NCBI RefSeq assembly: GCF_000009045.1
Contig: NC_000964.3
Location: 3,534,001 to 3,598,000, forward strand
Direction of reading: 5' to 3'
Origin: Bacillus subtilis subsp. subtilis str. 168
Lineage (GTDB): Bacteria; Bacillota; Bacilli; Bacillales; Bacillaceae
Length of the DNA stretch: 64,000 nucleotides
Positions within the stretch are counted from its first letter, which is position 1; each line of letters opens with the position of its first letter. A model generated the notes under the pieces. That model did no database searches. It saw only the letters and a program-made list of their open reading frames with translations, and was not told where the DNA came from. The translations under genes and the position numbers were made by a program. Below, piece after piece: positions 1 through 8,942 of this stretch.

Positions 1-102
1 AATATCGTTTGAAGCCCCATACAGCTTCTGACAGTAATCAATCACCTTATCAATAAACGGCGAGGTCGATTTCGGCCCCATTCCGGCTAATATTCCGATC
101 AT
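1..102 (-). CDS. racX: Broad-specificity amino-acid racemase, N-terminal part (truncated by window edge)
   Basis: Minus strand from ATG at 102 reads MIGILAGMGPKSTSPFIDKVIDYCQKLYGASNDI, an Asp/Glu racemase N-terminal motif; lies directly downstream of pbpE. Confidence 0.9.
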   Translation of the reverse strand, partial: MIGILAGMGPKSTSPFIDKVIDYCQKLYGASNDI

Positions 103-117
103 CAAATTCATTCCTTT

Positions 118-1473
118 CTACTTCGTACGGACCGCTTCTTCCTCTGAGCCATCCTCATAGAGGATAAAGCTTTTCGCAGCATCCTCACCTAATGTAAACT
201 CGACTTCAACAGACAATGCTCGCAGAAAGAAACGGGTTTCCGAGGAAGGAAATAACTCCAGTCTCAGCTGTCCGGCGATCTCCAAATAAAGCCGTTCATT
301 CTCGGTTGTCACCTGTGCAGCCGTCCCATCCTGCAACAGGTAGCTGCCAACATAGCGGCTGTATATCGCCGTATCAATTGCTTTTTTCTTTTTATCAGCA
401 GGACGTTCCGGGACATCATATGGCTGGCCAAATAGAATATGTTCCGCCGCCTTCAGAATCGCTTGTTCATATTCAGTATCCTCTTCCTTATTACTCAAAT
501 AGATCAGCGTTTTACGATGATCGATATATCGGATCATCATCGTCGAATAGCCGGGCCATCCTCCGCTGTGGCTGACAATCCGCCCTTTTTCAGGACTGTT
601 TTGCAGCACCCAGCCAAAGCCATAATCAATTGTTTCTCCATTGTTGAGGCGCACTGGAGAAAACGCAGATTCCTTAGAAGCCTTGCTGATGAAATCGTCC
701 TGATATAAAGCCTGATCAAATCGAAACAAATCGCTTGTGACAGAGTTAACCGTCCCATCTCCCTGTATGCCATCGAGATACACAACATAGTTCGTTTCCT
801 CCAGCTCATCAGGGAGGACGTATGTTTCGGAATGTACATCATACACATATCCATATGCATAATGATCAATTCGCTCAGGCGAAAGCCTCCTGTTATACAC
901 TCTTGTTTCATTCATGCCTGCCGGTAAAAAAATACTTGTTTTTATAAAATCCGCATAGCTCATGCCAGATGCTTTTTCAATGATAACCGCCAGCAGCACA
1001 TACCCCGTATTGCTGTACATCCAGCCTTCATTCGGTTCAAAATAACCAGATAGCCCCTCATTCATCAGCATATCGACAATATCCTGATTCACCGCAATCT
1101 TGTGTGAATCCCAATTGGCAAAAAACCATCCCATATAATCAGGAAGCCCTGACGTATGGTTCAATAAATGCCGAATCGTTACGCCCTGATACGGAAAACC
1201 GGGCAGCCAGCGATCCACTTTATCCTCATAGCCAAGAATCCCCTTCTCCTCCAGCAAGATGATTCCCAATGCTGTAAAAGGCTTTGACAAAGACGCTAAC
1301 TCAAACAAAGAGTTGGTTTTCAACGGGCGTTTTTCCGTCATTTCCGCATAGCCAAAAGAGTGGTGATATAAAATATCGCCACCCTCCGCAGCCAGAACCG
1401 TCCCGTTAAACTGATGTTTTTCGCCTAATGTCTCAAATAACGTCTGAAGATGCTTTCTTTTATTCTGCTTCAT
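118..1473 (-). CDS. pbpE: Penicillin-binding protein 4* (class C beta-lactamase-like endopeptidase)
   Basis: SLSK (SxxK), YSN and HSG motifs; start set at MKQNK after SD GGAGG; 451 aa. Confidence 0.95.
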   Translation of the reverse strand: MKQNKRKHLQTLFETLGEKHQFNGTVLAAEGGDILYHHSFGYAEMTEKRPLKTNSLFELASLSKPFTALGIILLEEKGILGYEDKVDRWLPGFPYQGVTIRHLLNHTSGLPDYMGWFFANWDSHKIAVNQDIVDMLMNEGLSGYFEPNEGWMYSNTGYVLLAVIIEKASGMSYADFIKTSIFLPAGMNETRVYNRRLSPERIDHYAYGYVYDVHSETYVLPDELEETNYVVYLDGIQGDGTVNSVTSDLFRFDQALYQDDFISKASKESAFSPVRLNNGETIDYGFGWVLQNSPEKGRIVSHSGGWPGYSTMMIRYIDHRKTLIYLSNKEEDTEYEQAILKAAEHILFGQPYDVPERPADKKKKAIDTAIYSRYVGSYLLQDGTAAQVTTENERLYLEIAGQLRLELFPSSETRFFLRALSVEVEFTLGEDAAKSFILYEDGSEEEAVRTK

Positions 1474-1495
1474 TCCTCCACCTCCCATATCTCTG

Positions 1496-1521
1496 TACGT
1501 TACTAACCTACTAACGTTTCA
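1496..1521 (-). promoter_or_regulatory. SigW promoter of pbpE-racX
   Basis: TGAAAC-N16-CGTA on the minus strand, an exact SigW consensus. Confidence 0.9.
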
Positions 1522-1777
1522 AATATTTTGAAAAATCCTTCAGTTAGAGATCCTTTTTAACCCATCACATATACCTGCCGTTCACTATTATTTAGTGAAA
1601 TGAGATATTATGATATTTTCTGAATTGTGATTAAAAAGGCAACTTTATGCCCATGCAACAGAAACTATAAAAAATACAGAGAATGAAAAGAAACAGATAG
1701 ATTTTTTAGTTCTTTAGGCCCGTAGTCTGCAAATCCTTTTATGATTTTCTATCAAACAAAAGAGGAAAATAGACCAG

Positions 1778-1806
1778 TTGCAATCCAAACGAGAGTCTAA
1801 TAGAAT
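1778..1806 (+). promoter_or_regulatory. SigA promoter of sacB
   Basis: TTGCAA-N17-TAGAAT upstream of the RAT leader. Confidence 0.8.
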
Positions 1807-1829
1807 GAGGTCGAAAAGTAAATCGCGCG

Positions 1830-1858
1830 GGTTTGTTACTGATAAAGCAGGCAAGACC
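1830..1858 (+). promoter_or_regulatory. RAT (ribonucleic antiterminator) for SacY/SacT (BglG family)
   Basis: GGTTTGTTACTGATAAAGCAGGCAAGACC matches the RAT consensus and overlaps the 5' arm of the leader terminator. Confidence 0.92.
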
Positions 1859-1923
1859 TAAAATGTGTAAAGGGCAAAGTGTATACTTTGGCGTCACCCC
1901 TTACATATTTTAGGTCTTTTTTT
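1853..1923 (+). terminator. sacB leader attenuator terminator (sacR)
   Basis: AAGACCTAAAATGTGTAA...TTACATATTTTAGGTCTT stem followed by a T run. Confidence 0.92.
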
Positions 1924-2011
1924 ATTGTGCGTAACTAACTTGCCATCTTCAAACAGGAGGGCTGGAAGAAGCAGACCGCTAACACAGTACATAAAAAAGG
2001 AGACATGAACG

Positions 2012-3433
2012 ATGAACATCAAAAAGTTTGCAAAACAAGCAACAGTATTAACCTTTACTACCGCACTGCTGGCAGGAGGCGCAACTCAAGCGTTTGCGAA
2101 AGAAACGAACCAAAAGCCATATAAGGAAACATACGGCATTTCCCATATTACACGCCATGATATGCTGCAAATCCCTGAACAGCAAAAAAATGAAAAATAT
2201 CAAGTTCCTGAATTCGATTCGTCCACAATTAAAAATATCTCTTCTGCAAAAGGCCTGGACGTTTGGGACAGCTGGCCATTACAAAACGCTGACGGCACTG
2301 TCGCAAACTATCACGGCTACCACATCGTCTTTGCATTAGCCGGAGATCCTAAAAATGCGGATGACACATCGATTTACATGTTCTATCAAAAAGTCGGCGA
2401 AACTTCTATTGACAGCTGGAAAAACGCTGGCCGCGTCTTTAAAGACAGCGACAAATTCGATGCAAATGATTCTATCCTAAAAGACCAAACACAAGAATGG
2501 TCAGGTTCAGCCACATTTACATCTGACGGAAAAATCCGTTTATTCTACACTGATTTCTCCGGTAAACATTACGGCAAACAAACACTGACAACTGCACAAG
2601 TTAACGTATCAGCATCAGACAGCTCTTTGAACATCAACGGTGTAGAGGATTATAAATCAATCTTTGACGGTGACGGAAAAACGTATCAAAATGTACAGCA
2701 GTTCATCGATGAAGGCAACTACAGCTCAGGCGACAACCATACGCTGAGAGATCCTCACTACGTAGAAGATAAAGGCCACAAATACTTAGTATTTGAAGCA
2801 AACACTGGAACTGAAGATGGCTACCAAGGCGAAGAATCTTTATTTAACAAAGCATACTATGGCAAAAGCACATCATTCTTCCGTCAAGAAAGTCAAAAAC
2901 TTCTGCAAAGCGATAAAAAACGCACGGCTGAGTTAGCAAACGGCGCTCTCGGTATGATTGAGCTAAACGATGATTACACACTGAAAAAAGTGATGAAACC
3001 GCTGATTGCATCTAACACAGTAACAGATGAAATTGAACGCGCGAACGTCTTTAAAATGAACGGCAAATGGTACCTGTTCACTGACTCCCGCGGATCAAAA
3101 ATGACGATTGACGGCATTACGTCTAACGATATTTACATGCTTGGTTATGTTTCTAATTCTTTAACTGGCCCATACAAGCCGCTGAACAAAACTGGCCTTG
3201 TGTTAAAAATGGATCTTGATCCTAACGATGTAACCTTTACTTACTCACACTTCGCTGTACCTCAAGCGAAAGGAAACAATGTCGTGATTACAAGCTATAT
3301 GACAAACAGAGGATTCTACGCAGACAAACAATCAACGTTTGCGCCAAGCTTCCTGCTGAACATCAAAGGCAAGAAAACATCTGTTGTCAAAGACAGCATC
3401 CTTGAACAAGGACAATTAACAGTTAACAAATAA
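2012..3433 (+). CDS. sacB: Levansucrase (GH68)
   Basis: Signal peptide MNIKKFAKQ; VWDSW, RDP and EIER catalytic motifs; 473 aa. Confidence 0.99.
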   Translation: MNIKKFAKQATVLTFTTALLAGGATQAFAKETNQKPYKETYGISHITRHDMLQIPEQQKNEKYQVPEFDSSTIKNISSAKGLDVWDSWPLQNADGTVANYHGYHIVFALAGDPKNADDTSIYMFYQKVGETSIDSWKNAGRVFKDSDKFDANDSILKDQTQEWSGSATFTSDGKIRLFYTDFSGKHYGKQTLTTAQVNVSASDSSLNINGVEDYKSIFDGDGKTYQNVQQFIDEGNYSSGDNHTLRDPHYVEDKGHKYLVFEANTGTEDGYQGEESLFNKAYYGKSTSFFRQESQKLLQSDKKRTAELANGALGMIELNDDYTLKKVMKPLIASNTVTDEIERANVFKMNGKWYLFTDSRGSKMTIDGITSNDIYMLGYVSNSLTGPYKPLNKTGLVLKMDLDPNDVTFTYSHFAVPQAKGNNVVITSYMTNRGFYADKQSTFAPSFLLNIKGKKTSVVKDSILEQGQLTVNK

Positions 3434-3439
3434 AAACGC

Positions 3440-3476
3440 AAAAGAAAATGCCGATATCCTATTGGCATTTTCTTTT
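3440..3476 (+). terminator. sacB-levB intercistronic stem-loop (partial terminator or mRNA stabiliser)
   Basis: AAAAGAAAATGCCGATA-TCC-TATTGGCATTTTCTTTT. Confidence 0.75.
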
Positions 3477-3506
3477 ATTTCTTATCAACATAAAGGTGAA
3501 TCCCAT

Positions 3507-5057
3507 ATGAACTATATAAAAGCAGGCAAATGGCTAACCGTATTCCTAACCTTTTTAGGAATATTGCTGTTTATCGACTTATTTCCAAAAGAAGAACATG
3601 ACCAAAAAACAAAATCAAAACAGAAGCCGGACTACCGGGCGGCATATCATTTTACGACGCCGGATAAATGGAAAAATGACCCTCAAAAACCGATCTATTT
3701 TGATGGCAAGTATCATTATTTCTATCTATATAACCGGGATTACCCAAAAGGCAACGGCACAGAATGGCGCCATGCCGTCTCAGAGGATTTGGTGCACTGG
3801 ACCGATGAAGGCGTGGCGATTCCGAAATATACAAACCCGGACGGTGATATTTGGACCGGTTCCGTCGTGGTGGATAAAGAGAACACAGCCGGCTTCGGGA
3901 AAAATGCGCTTGTCGCGATTGTGACACAGCCCTCAGCCAAAGACAAAAAACAGGAACAATATTTGTGGTACAGCACAGATAAGGGAAAATCATTCAAATT
4001 CTACAGTGGCAACCCCGTTATGCCTAATCCGGGCACAGACGATTTCAGAGATCCGAAAGTCATATGGGATGACCAAGATAACAAATGGGTCATGGTCATG
4101 GCTGAAGGATCAAAAATCGGCTTTTATGAATCCGATAATCTTAAGGACTGGCATTACACAAGCGGATTCTTCCCAGAACAGGCGGGAATGGTGGAATGTC
4201 CCGACCTCTACATGATGCGGGCAAGCGACGGAACGAATAAGTGGGTTCTCGGTGCCAGCGCGAATGGCAAACCGTGGGGCAAACCAAATACGTACGCCTA
4301 CTGGACCGGAAGCTTCGACGGAAAAGAATTCAAAGCGGATCAGACTGAAGCCCAATGGCTTGACTATGGCTTCGACTGGTATGGCGGTGTGACGTTCGAA
4401 GACAGCAAAAGCACAGATCCATTAGAAAAGCGGTATGCGCTTGCCTGGATGAACAATTGGGATTATGCCAACAACACCCCGACAATGAAGAACGGCTTTA
4501 ACGGCACAGATTCTGTCATACGCGAACTCCGGCTGAAGGAGCAGGATGGAACATACAGCCTCGTCTCACAGCCGATTGAAGCTTTGGAGCAGCTGACTGT
4601 TTCAACTGACGAAATAGAGGATCAGGATGTGAACGGATCAAAAACATTGTCGATAACAGGTGATACGTACCAGCTTGATACGGATCTTTCTTGGTCAGAG
4701 CTAAAGAATGCAGGCGTCAGGCTCAGAGAATCAGAAGACCAAAAACGCCATATTGATGTCGGCATTTTCGCTGAAGGCGGCTATGCTTATGTCAATAGAG
4801 CAGCCACAAATCAGCCTGACAAAAGCAATACCTATGTCGAAAGCAAAGCTCCTTATGATGTAAACAAACGTAAGGTGCATTTGAAAATACTTGTCGATAA
4901 AACAACGATAGAAGTATTTGTTGGCGACGGGAAAACCGTTTTTTCAAATGAAGTCTTCCCAAAGCCTGAAGATAAAGGAATTACCCTTTATTCTGACGGC
5001 GGCACAGCCTCCTTCAAAAATATAACAGTGAAACACTTTGATTCGATTCATGAATAA
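3507..5057 (+). CDS. levB: Endolevanase (GH32), membrane-anchored
   Basis: WKNDPQ, FRDPK and ECP GH32 motifs; start MNYIK after SD AAAGGTG; 516 aa. Confidence 0.95.
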   Translation: MNYIKAGKWLTVFLTFLGILLFIDLFPKEEHDQKTKSKQKPDYRAAYHFTTPDKWKNDPQKPIYFDGKYHYFYLYNRDYPKGNGTEWRHAVSEDLVHWTDEGVAIPKYTNPDGDIWTGSVVVDKENTAGFGKNALVAIVTQPSAKDKKQEQYLWYSTDKGKSFKFYSGNPVMPNPGTDDFRDPKVIWDDQDNKWVMVMAEGSKIGFYESDNLKDWHYTSGFFPEQAGMVECPDLYMMRASDGTNKWVLGASANGKPWGKPNTYAYWTGSFDGKEFKADQTEAQWLDYGFDWYGGVTFEDSKSTDPLEKRYALAWMNNWDYANNTPTMKNGFNGTDSVIRELRLKEQDGTYSLVSQPIEALEQLTVSTDEIEDQDVNGSKTLSITGDTYQLDTDLSWSELKNAGVRLRESEDQKRHIDVGIFAEGGYAYVNRAATNQPDKSNTYVESKAPYDVNKRKVHLKILVDKTTIEVFVGDGKTVFSNEVFPKPEDKGITLYSDGGTASFKNITVKHFDSIHE

Positions 5058-5091
5058 AAACAGGGGCGGCGCAGGCTGCCCCTGTTTTTTT
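5056..5091 (+). terminator. Intrinsic terminator after levB
   Basis: AAAAACAGGGGCGGC-GCAG-GCTGCCCCTGTTTTTT. Confidence 0.85.
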
Positions 5092-5164
5092 ATTAGGAGC
5101 GGTATTCTCTGTTACATATTGGGCATTGTAAGGAATATAAGGCTGGTTTCAAAGGAGGAAGCGA

Positions 5165-6727
5165 ATGTCTAAACAAGGAAATTTTCAAAAATCAATGTCG
5201 CTGTTTGATCTGATTTTGATTGGGATGGGAGCCATCTTTGGATCAGCGTGGCTGTTCGCTGTCAGTAATGTCGCTTCAAAAGCAGGGCCCTCCGGCGCTT
5301 TTTCCTGGATCCTCGGAGGAGCCATTATTTTGTTAATCGGGCTTGTATATGCGGAGCTCGGAGCCGCTCTGCCCCGTACCGGAGGCATCATTCGATACCC
5401 CGTTTATTCACATGGCCACCTTGTCGGCTACTTAATTTCGTTTGTCACGATTGTCGCTTATACAAGCTTGATTTCAATTGAAGTGACAGCTGTGCGCCAG
5501 TATGTGGCCTATTGGTTTCCCGGCCTGACCATTAAAGGGTCTGATTCGCCTACCATTTCCGGCTGGATCTTGCAGTTTGCCCTATTATGCTTGTTTTTCC
5601 TGCTGAATTATTGGAGCGTCAAAACCTTCGCTAAGGCGAATTTCATCATATCGATTTTTAAATATATTGTGCCGATTACCATCATTATTGTGCTGATCTT
5701 TCATTTTCAGCCGGAGAATTTATCCGTTCAAGGATTTGCACCGTTTGGATTTACAGGTATTCAGGCTGCCATCTCGACAGGCGGCGTCATGTTTGCGTAT
5801 CTCGGCCTGCATCCGATTGTATCTGTAGCAGGTGAAGTCCAAAATCCAAAACGCAATATCCCGATCGCTTTAATCATTTGCATCATCGTTTCAACCATCA
5901 TTTATACTGTTTTGCAGGTCACCTTTATTGGTGCAATCCCGACAGAAACACTGAAACATGGCTGGCCGGCAATTGGCCGGGAGTTCTCATTGCCGTTTAA
6001 GGATATTGCGGTCATGCTCGGGTTAGGCTGGCTTGCAACGCTTGTCATTTTAGACGCCATTCTGTCTCCCGGAGGAAACGGGAATATCTTTATGAATACG
6101 ACATCCCGCCTTGTTTACGCCTGGGCGCGTAACGGCACATTATTTGGCATATTCTCAAAGGTCAATAAAGATACGGGGACACCCCGCGCTTCGCTTTGGC
6201 TTTCGTTTGCCCTGTCCATTTTCTGGACACTTCCCTTTCCTTCGTGGAACGCGCTCGTCAATGTCTGTTCAGTCGCGCTCATTCTTTCATATGCGATTGC
6301 ACCCATTTCTTCAGCTGCGCTGAGGGTCAACGCGAAGGACTTAAACAGGCCGTTTTATTTAAAGGGAATGAGCATTATCGGGCCGCTTTCCTTTATATTT
6401 ACAGCGTTTATCGTGTACTGGTCAGGATGGAAAACAGTCTCCTGGCTGCTCGGTTCACAACTCGTGATGTTTTTGATCTATCTCTGTTTCAGCAAATATA
6501 CGCCTAAAGAAGATGTCAGCCTTGCTCAGCAGCTGAAATCAGCCTGGTGGCTTATCGGGTTTTATATTATGATGCTGATCTTTTCCTACATCGGTTCTTT
6601 CGGACATGGTTTAGGGATTATCAGCAATCCCGTCGACCTCATTTTAGTCGCGATCGGCTCACTTGCGATTTATTACTGGGCAAAGTATACCGGGCTCCCA
6701 AAAGCCGCCATTGATTATGATAAATAA
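5165..6727 (+). CDS. yveA: APC-family amino-acid (aspartate/glutamate) permease
   Basis: Polytopic membrane protein with GAIFGSAW and ELGAALPRTGG APC motifs; 520 aa. Confidence 0.9.
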   Translation: MSKQGNFQKSMSLFDLILIGMGAIFGSAWLFAVSNVASKAGPSGAFSWILGGAIILLIGLVYAELGAALPRTGGIIRYPVYSHGHLVGYLISFVTIVAYTSLISIEVTAVRQYVAYWFPGLTIKGSDSPTISGWILQFALLCLFFLLNYWSVKTFAKANFIISIFKYIVPITIIIVLIFHFQPENLSVQGFAPFGFTGIQAAISTGGVMFAYLGLHPIVSVAGEVQNPKRNIPIALIICIIVSTIIYTVLQVTFIGAIPTETLKHGWPAIGREFSLPFKDIAVMLGLGWLATLVILDAILSPGGNGNIFMNTTSRLVYAWARNGTLFGIFSKVNKDTGTPRASLWLSFALSIFWTLPFPSWNALVNVCSVALILSYAIAPISSAALRVNAKDLNRPFYLKGMSIIGPLSFIFTAFIVYWSGWKTVSWLLGSQLVMFLIYLCFSKYTPKEDVSLAQQLKSAWWLIGFYIMMLIFSYIGSFGHGLGIISNPVDLILVAIGSLAIYYWAKYTGLPKAAIDYDK

Positions 6728-6756
6728 AGAAGCAAGAGGTTTTCTTGCTTCTTTAT
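6725..6756 (+). terminator. Terminator after yveA
   Basis: AAAGAAGCAAGA-GGTTT-TCTTGCTTCTTT. Confidence 0.8.
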
Positions 6757-6758
6757 TC

Positions 6759-6787
6759 TTTACAAACAAACATACACGCGATAAAAT
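6759..6787 (+). promoter_or_regulatory. SigA promoter of yvdT
   Basis: TTTACA-N17-TAAAAT. Confidence 0.65.
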
Positions 6788-6805
6788 GAATGAGAGTCAG
6801 TCATT
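6786..6805. promoter_or_regulatory. Putative YvdT operator 1
   Basis: ATGAATGAGAGTCAGTCATT overlaps the -10/+1 region; its reverse complement matches 7448-7467 at 18/20 positions. Confidence 0.65.
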
Positions 6806-6821
6806 ACTGGAGGTGTTCCTC

Positions 6822-7406
6822 ATGCCAAAACAAACATCGGGTAAATACGAAAAAATATTGCAGGCGGCCATAGAAGTCATTTCTGAAAAAGGCCTCGACA
6901 AAGCTTCTATTTCTGATATTGTCAAAAAGGCCGGCACTGCCCAAGGAACATTCTATTTGTATTTTTCATCTAAAAATGCCCTCATACCGGCCATTGCAGA
7001 AAATCTCCTCACCCATACACTTGATCAAATCAAAGGTAGGCTCCATGGGGACGAGGATTTTTGGACCGTTTTAGATATATTAATTGATGAGACATTTCTC
7101 ATTACAGAACGCCATAAGGATATTATTGTCCTCTGTTATTCCGGGCTTGCGATCGACCACTCCATGGAAAAATGGGAGACGATCTATCAGCCTTATTATT
7201 CCTGGCTTGAAAAAATCATCAACAAGGCCATTGCAAACCATGAGGTAACGGAAGGAATCAATTCAAAATGGACGGCCAGAACGATTATCAACTTGGTCGA
7301 GAATACTGCGGAACGATTCTATATCGGATTTGAACAAGATGAAAATGTTGAAGTGTATAAAAAGGAAATTTTCACTTTCTTAAAACGGAGCTTAGGTACT
7401 GCTTAA
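6822..7406 (+). CDS. yvdT: TetR-family transcriptional regulator
   Basis: HTH ASISDIVKKAGTAQGTFYLYFSSK; start MPKQ after GGAGG; 194 aa. Confidence 0.92.
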   Translation: MPKQTSGKYEKILQAAIEVISEKGLDKASISDIVKKAGTAQGTFYLYFSSKNALIPAIAENLLTHTLDQIKGRLHGDEDFWTVLDILIDETFLITERHKDIIVLCYSGLAIDHSMEKWETIYQPYYSWLEKIINKAIANHEVTEGINSKWTARTIINLVENTAERFYIGFEQDENVEVYKKEIFTFLKRSLGTA

Positions 7407-7447
7407 AAAATGACTGGGTAACACCGCTCATTTTTTAATGCCCTAAA

Positions 7448-7467
7448 AATGACTGACGTTCATTCAT
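7448..7467. promoter_or_regulatory. Putative YvdT operator 2
   Basis: AATGACTGACGTTCATTCAT directly upstream of the yvdS SD. Confidence 0.6.
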
Positions 7468-7487
7468 AAAATAGAGAGGTGTTTCAT

Positions 7488-7823
7488 TTGAATTGGGTTC
7501 TTGTTTTTATTGCAGGGCTTTTAGAGGTTGTTTGGGCCTCTTCCCTCAAACATGCCGATTCGCTTTTGGATTGGATCATCATTTTTATCTTAATCGCGGT
7601 CAGCTTTATCCTGTTGATCCGCTCTTATCAAAAAATCCCGATGGCCGCGGCGTACACTGTGTTTGTGGGAATCGGAACCGTCGGAACATATCTGACTGGA
7701 ATTGTTCTGGGCGAATCCTTCTCAGCAGCCCAAATGTTCTTTTTAGCTTTATTGCTGGCTGGCATTTTAGGAATGAAATTATTTACGAAAGAAAGCAAAT
7801 CTCAGCCGGGAGGTGAAAAATAA
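7488..7823 (+). CDS. yvdS: SMR-family transporter subunit
   Basis: WVLVFIAGLLEVVW (conserved TM1 Glu); AYTVFVGIG; TTG start after SD GAGAGGT; 111 aa. Confidence 0.88.
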   Translation: MNWVLVFIAGLLEVVWASSLKHADSLLDWIIIFILIAVSFILLIRSYQKIPMAAAYTVFVGIGTVGTYLTGIVLGESFSAAQMFFLALLLAGILGMKLFTKESKSQPGGEK

Positions 7824-8143
7824 TGGCATGGTTTTTATTAGTGATTGCCGGCATAGAAGAAATTATAGCTGCCATTGCCATGAAATATATAGACGGAACA
7901 AGAAAAAAATGGCCGATCATTGTGATGACTGTTGGATTCGGCTTATCCTTTTACTGCCTGTCCCAAGCGATGATCGTCCTGCCTGCCGGAGTCGCATATG
8001 CCGTCTGGACTGGCATTGGAAGCATTGGTGTTTCGGCGGTCGGGCTCATCTGGTTTAAGGAGCGGTTTCAGCTTTCACAGGTGATTTCACTTTGCCTTAT
8101 CCTAGCCGGCGTCATCGGCCTGCGTCTTACGTCATCTTCATAA
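7823..8143 (+). CDS. yvdR: SMR-family transporter subunit (paired with YvdS)
   Basis: AGIEE and AYAVWTGIG SMR motifs; TAATG overlap with yvdS. Confidence 0.9.
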   Translation: MAWFLLVIAGIEEIIAAIAMKYIDGTRKKWPIIVMTVGFGLSFYCLSQAMIVLPAGVAYAVWTGIGSIGVSAVGLIWFKERFQLSQVISLCLILAGVIGLRLTSSS

Positions 8144-8147
8144 AATC

Positions 8148-8173
8148 AAGGCATATACAGCTGTATATGCCTT
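8148..8173. terminator. Perfect 26-bp palindrome between convergent yvdR and yvdQ, likely a bidirectional terminator
   Basis: AAGGCATATACAGCTGTATATGCCTT. Confidence 0.75.
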
Positions 8174-8178
8174 TGCCA

Positions 8179-8691
8179 TTAAGCTTCGTGATGTTTTTGA
8201 AGATGAAGCGGCGGCGGGATGAGCCAGCCTTTGTTTTTTAGCAGCCTTAAGTATTTTGCGCCGGTTGCCGCTTTCGACATATGAAATTGCCCAAACATCA
8301 TGGCAATATCCTCACGAATCGATTGCCCCATCATTTTGCTGCATGTCACAAGACCTGCAGCATTTTCTGCTGCCGCGGAAGCCGCCACATCCGGATCGAG
8401 AAACCGTGCACCAGGCGGAATATCGTTAAGATCTGCTGTCGGCGGTTCAGGAGAAGCCGGCGGCAGCGCCACCCCGTTTTCTTTCAGGATCGTGCTGACC
8501 TGTTTGATTTCATCTTGGCATTTCTCAATAGACTCACGAAGCAGCTTCTTCAGGTCGTCATCACCGACATGATTCAATAGCATTTGGTAATTGCCGACCA
8601 TTTTATTGCCCGCCATCACATAACTCCACAAGCCGAATACCTCACCGTAATGCATCGGTTCATCCTGCGGATTTCCGCTTAAAATACCCAT
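8179..8691 (-). CDS. yvdQ: DUF3231-type helical protein of unknown function
   Basis: Start MGILSGNPQ after SD GGGAGGAG; 170 aa; family assigned from memory. Confidence 0.8.
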   Translation of the reverse strand: MGILSGNPQDEPMHYGEVFGLWSYVMAGNKMVGNYQMLLNHVGDDDLKKLLRESIEKCQDEIKQVSTILKENGVALPPASPEPPTADLNDIPPGARFLDPDVAASAAAENAAGLVTCSKMMGQSIREDIAMMFGQFHMSKAATGAKYLRLLKNKGWLIPPPLHLQKHHEA

Positions 8692-8790
8692 GCTCATTCT
8701 CCTCCCATATTCAATATTGCACATTTCATAACGTGCCCAAGCGGAGGAACATTTATGTTTCAGCGGAAAAGATTTATGAAATGAAACAAA

Positions 8791-8895
8791 ACAAAAAAGA
8801 CAAGAGTGGCAAGTTGCCAAACCATTGTCTTTCCTGTTGTTTGATTGGACGCACTGAAGGGATTCGCACCCCGACAGACAAGATACCGGAAACCA
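8791..8895 (-). repeat. Degenerate copy of the tRNA-Arg 3' half (anticodon loop to 3' end) plus terminator; att-like direct repeat
   Basis: Aligns with 11829-11936 at about 85% identity by hand (~12 mismatches, 3 gaps). Confidence 0.9.
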
Positions 8896-8942
8896 TTCAA
8901 GTGCTTTTTAGTATGAGTCATTGATTCTGTCTTTAATAAACT

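Noticed and set aside
1474-1488. In-frame upstream ATG giving an MGGGG extension of PbpE (possible leaderless start near the SigW TSS)
   Set aside because: The glycine codons are simply the double SD (GGAGGTGGAGGA); the downstream ATG has an ideal SD.
1560-3480. sacB cassette as cloning-vector contamination
   Set aside because: It is flanked by native pbpE and levB-yveA with an intact RAT leader, so this is the chromosomal locus.
8733-8924. 63-aa ORF, and the similar 73-aa ORF at 11790-12011
   Set aside because: Their mutual similarity is only the translation of the tRNA/terminator direct repeat on the antisense strand.
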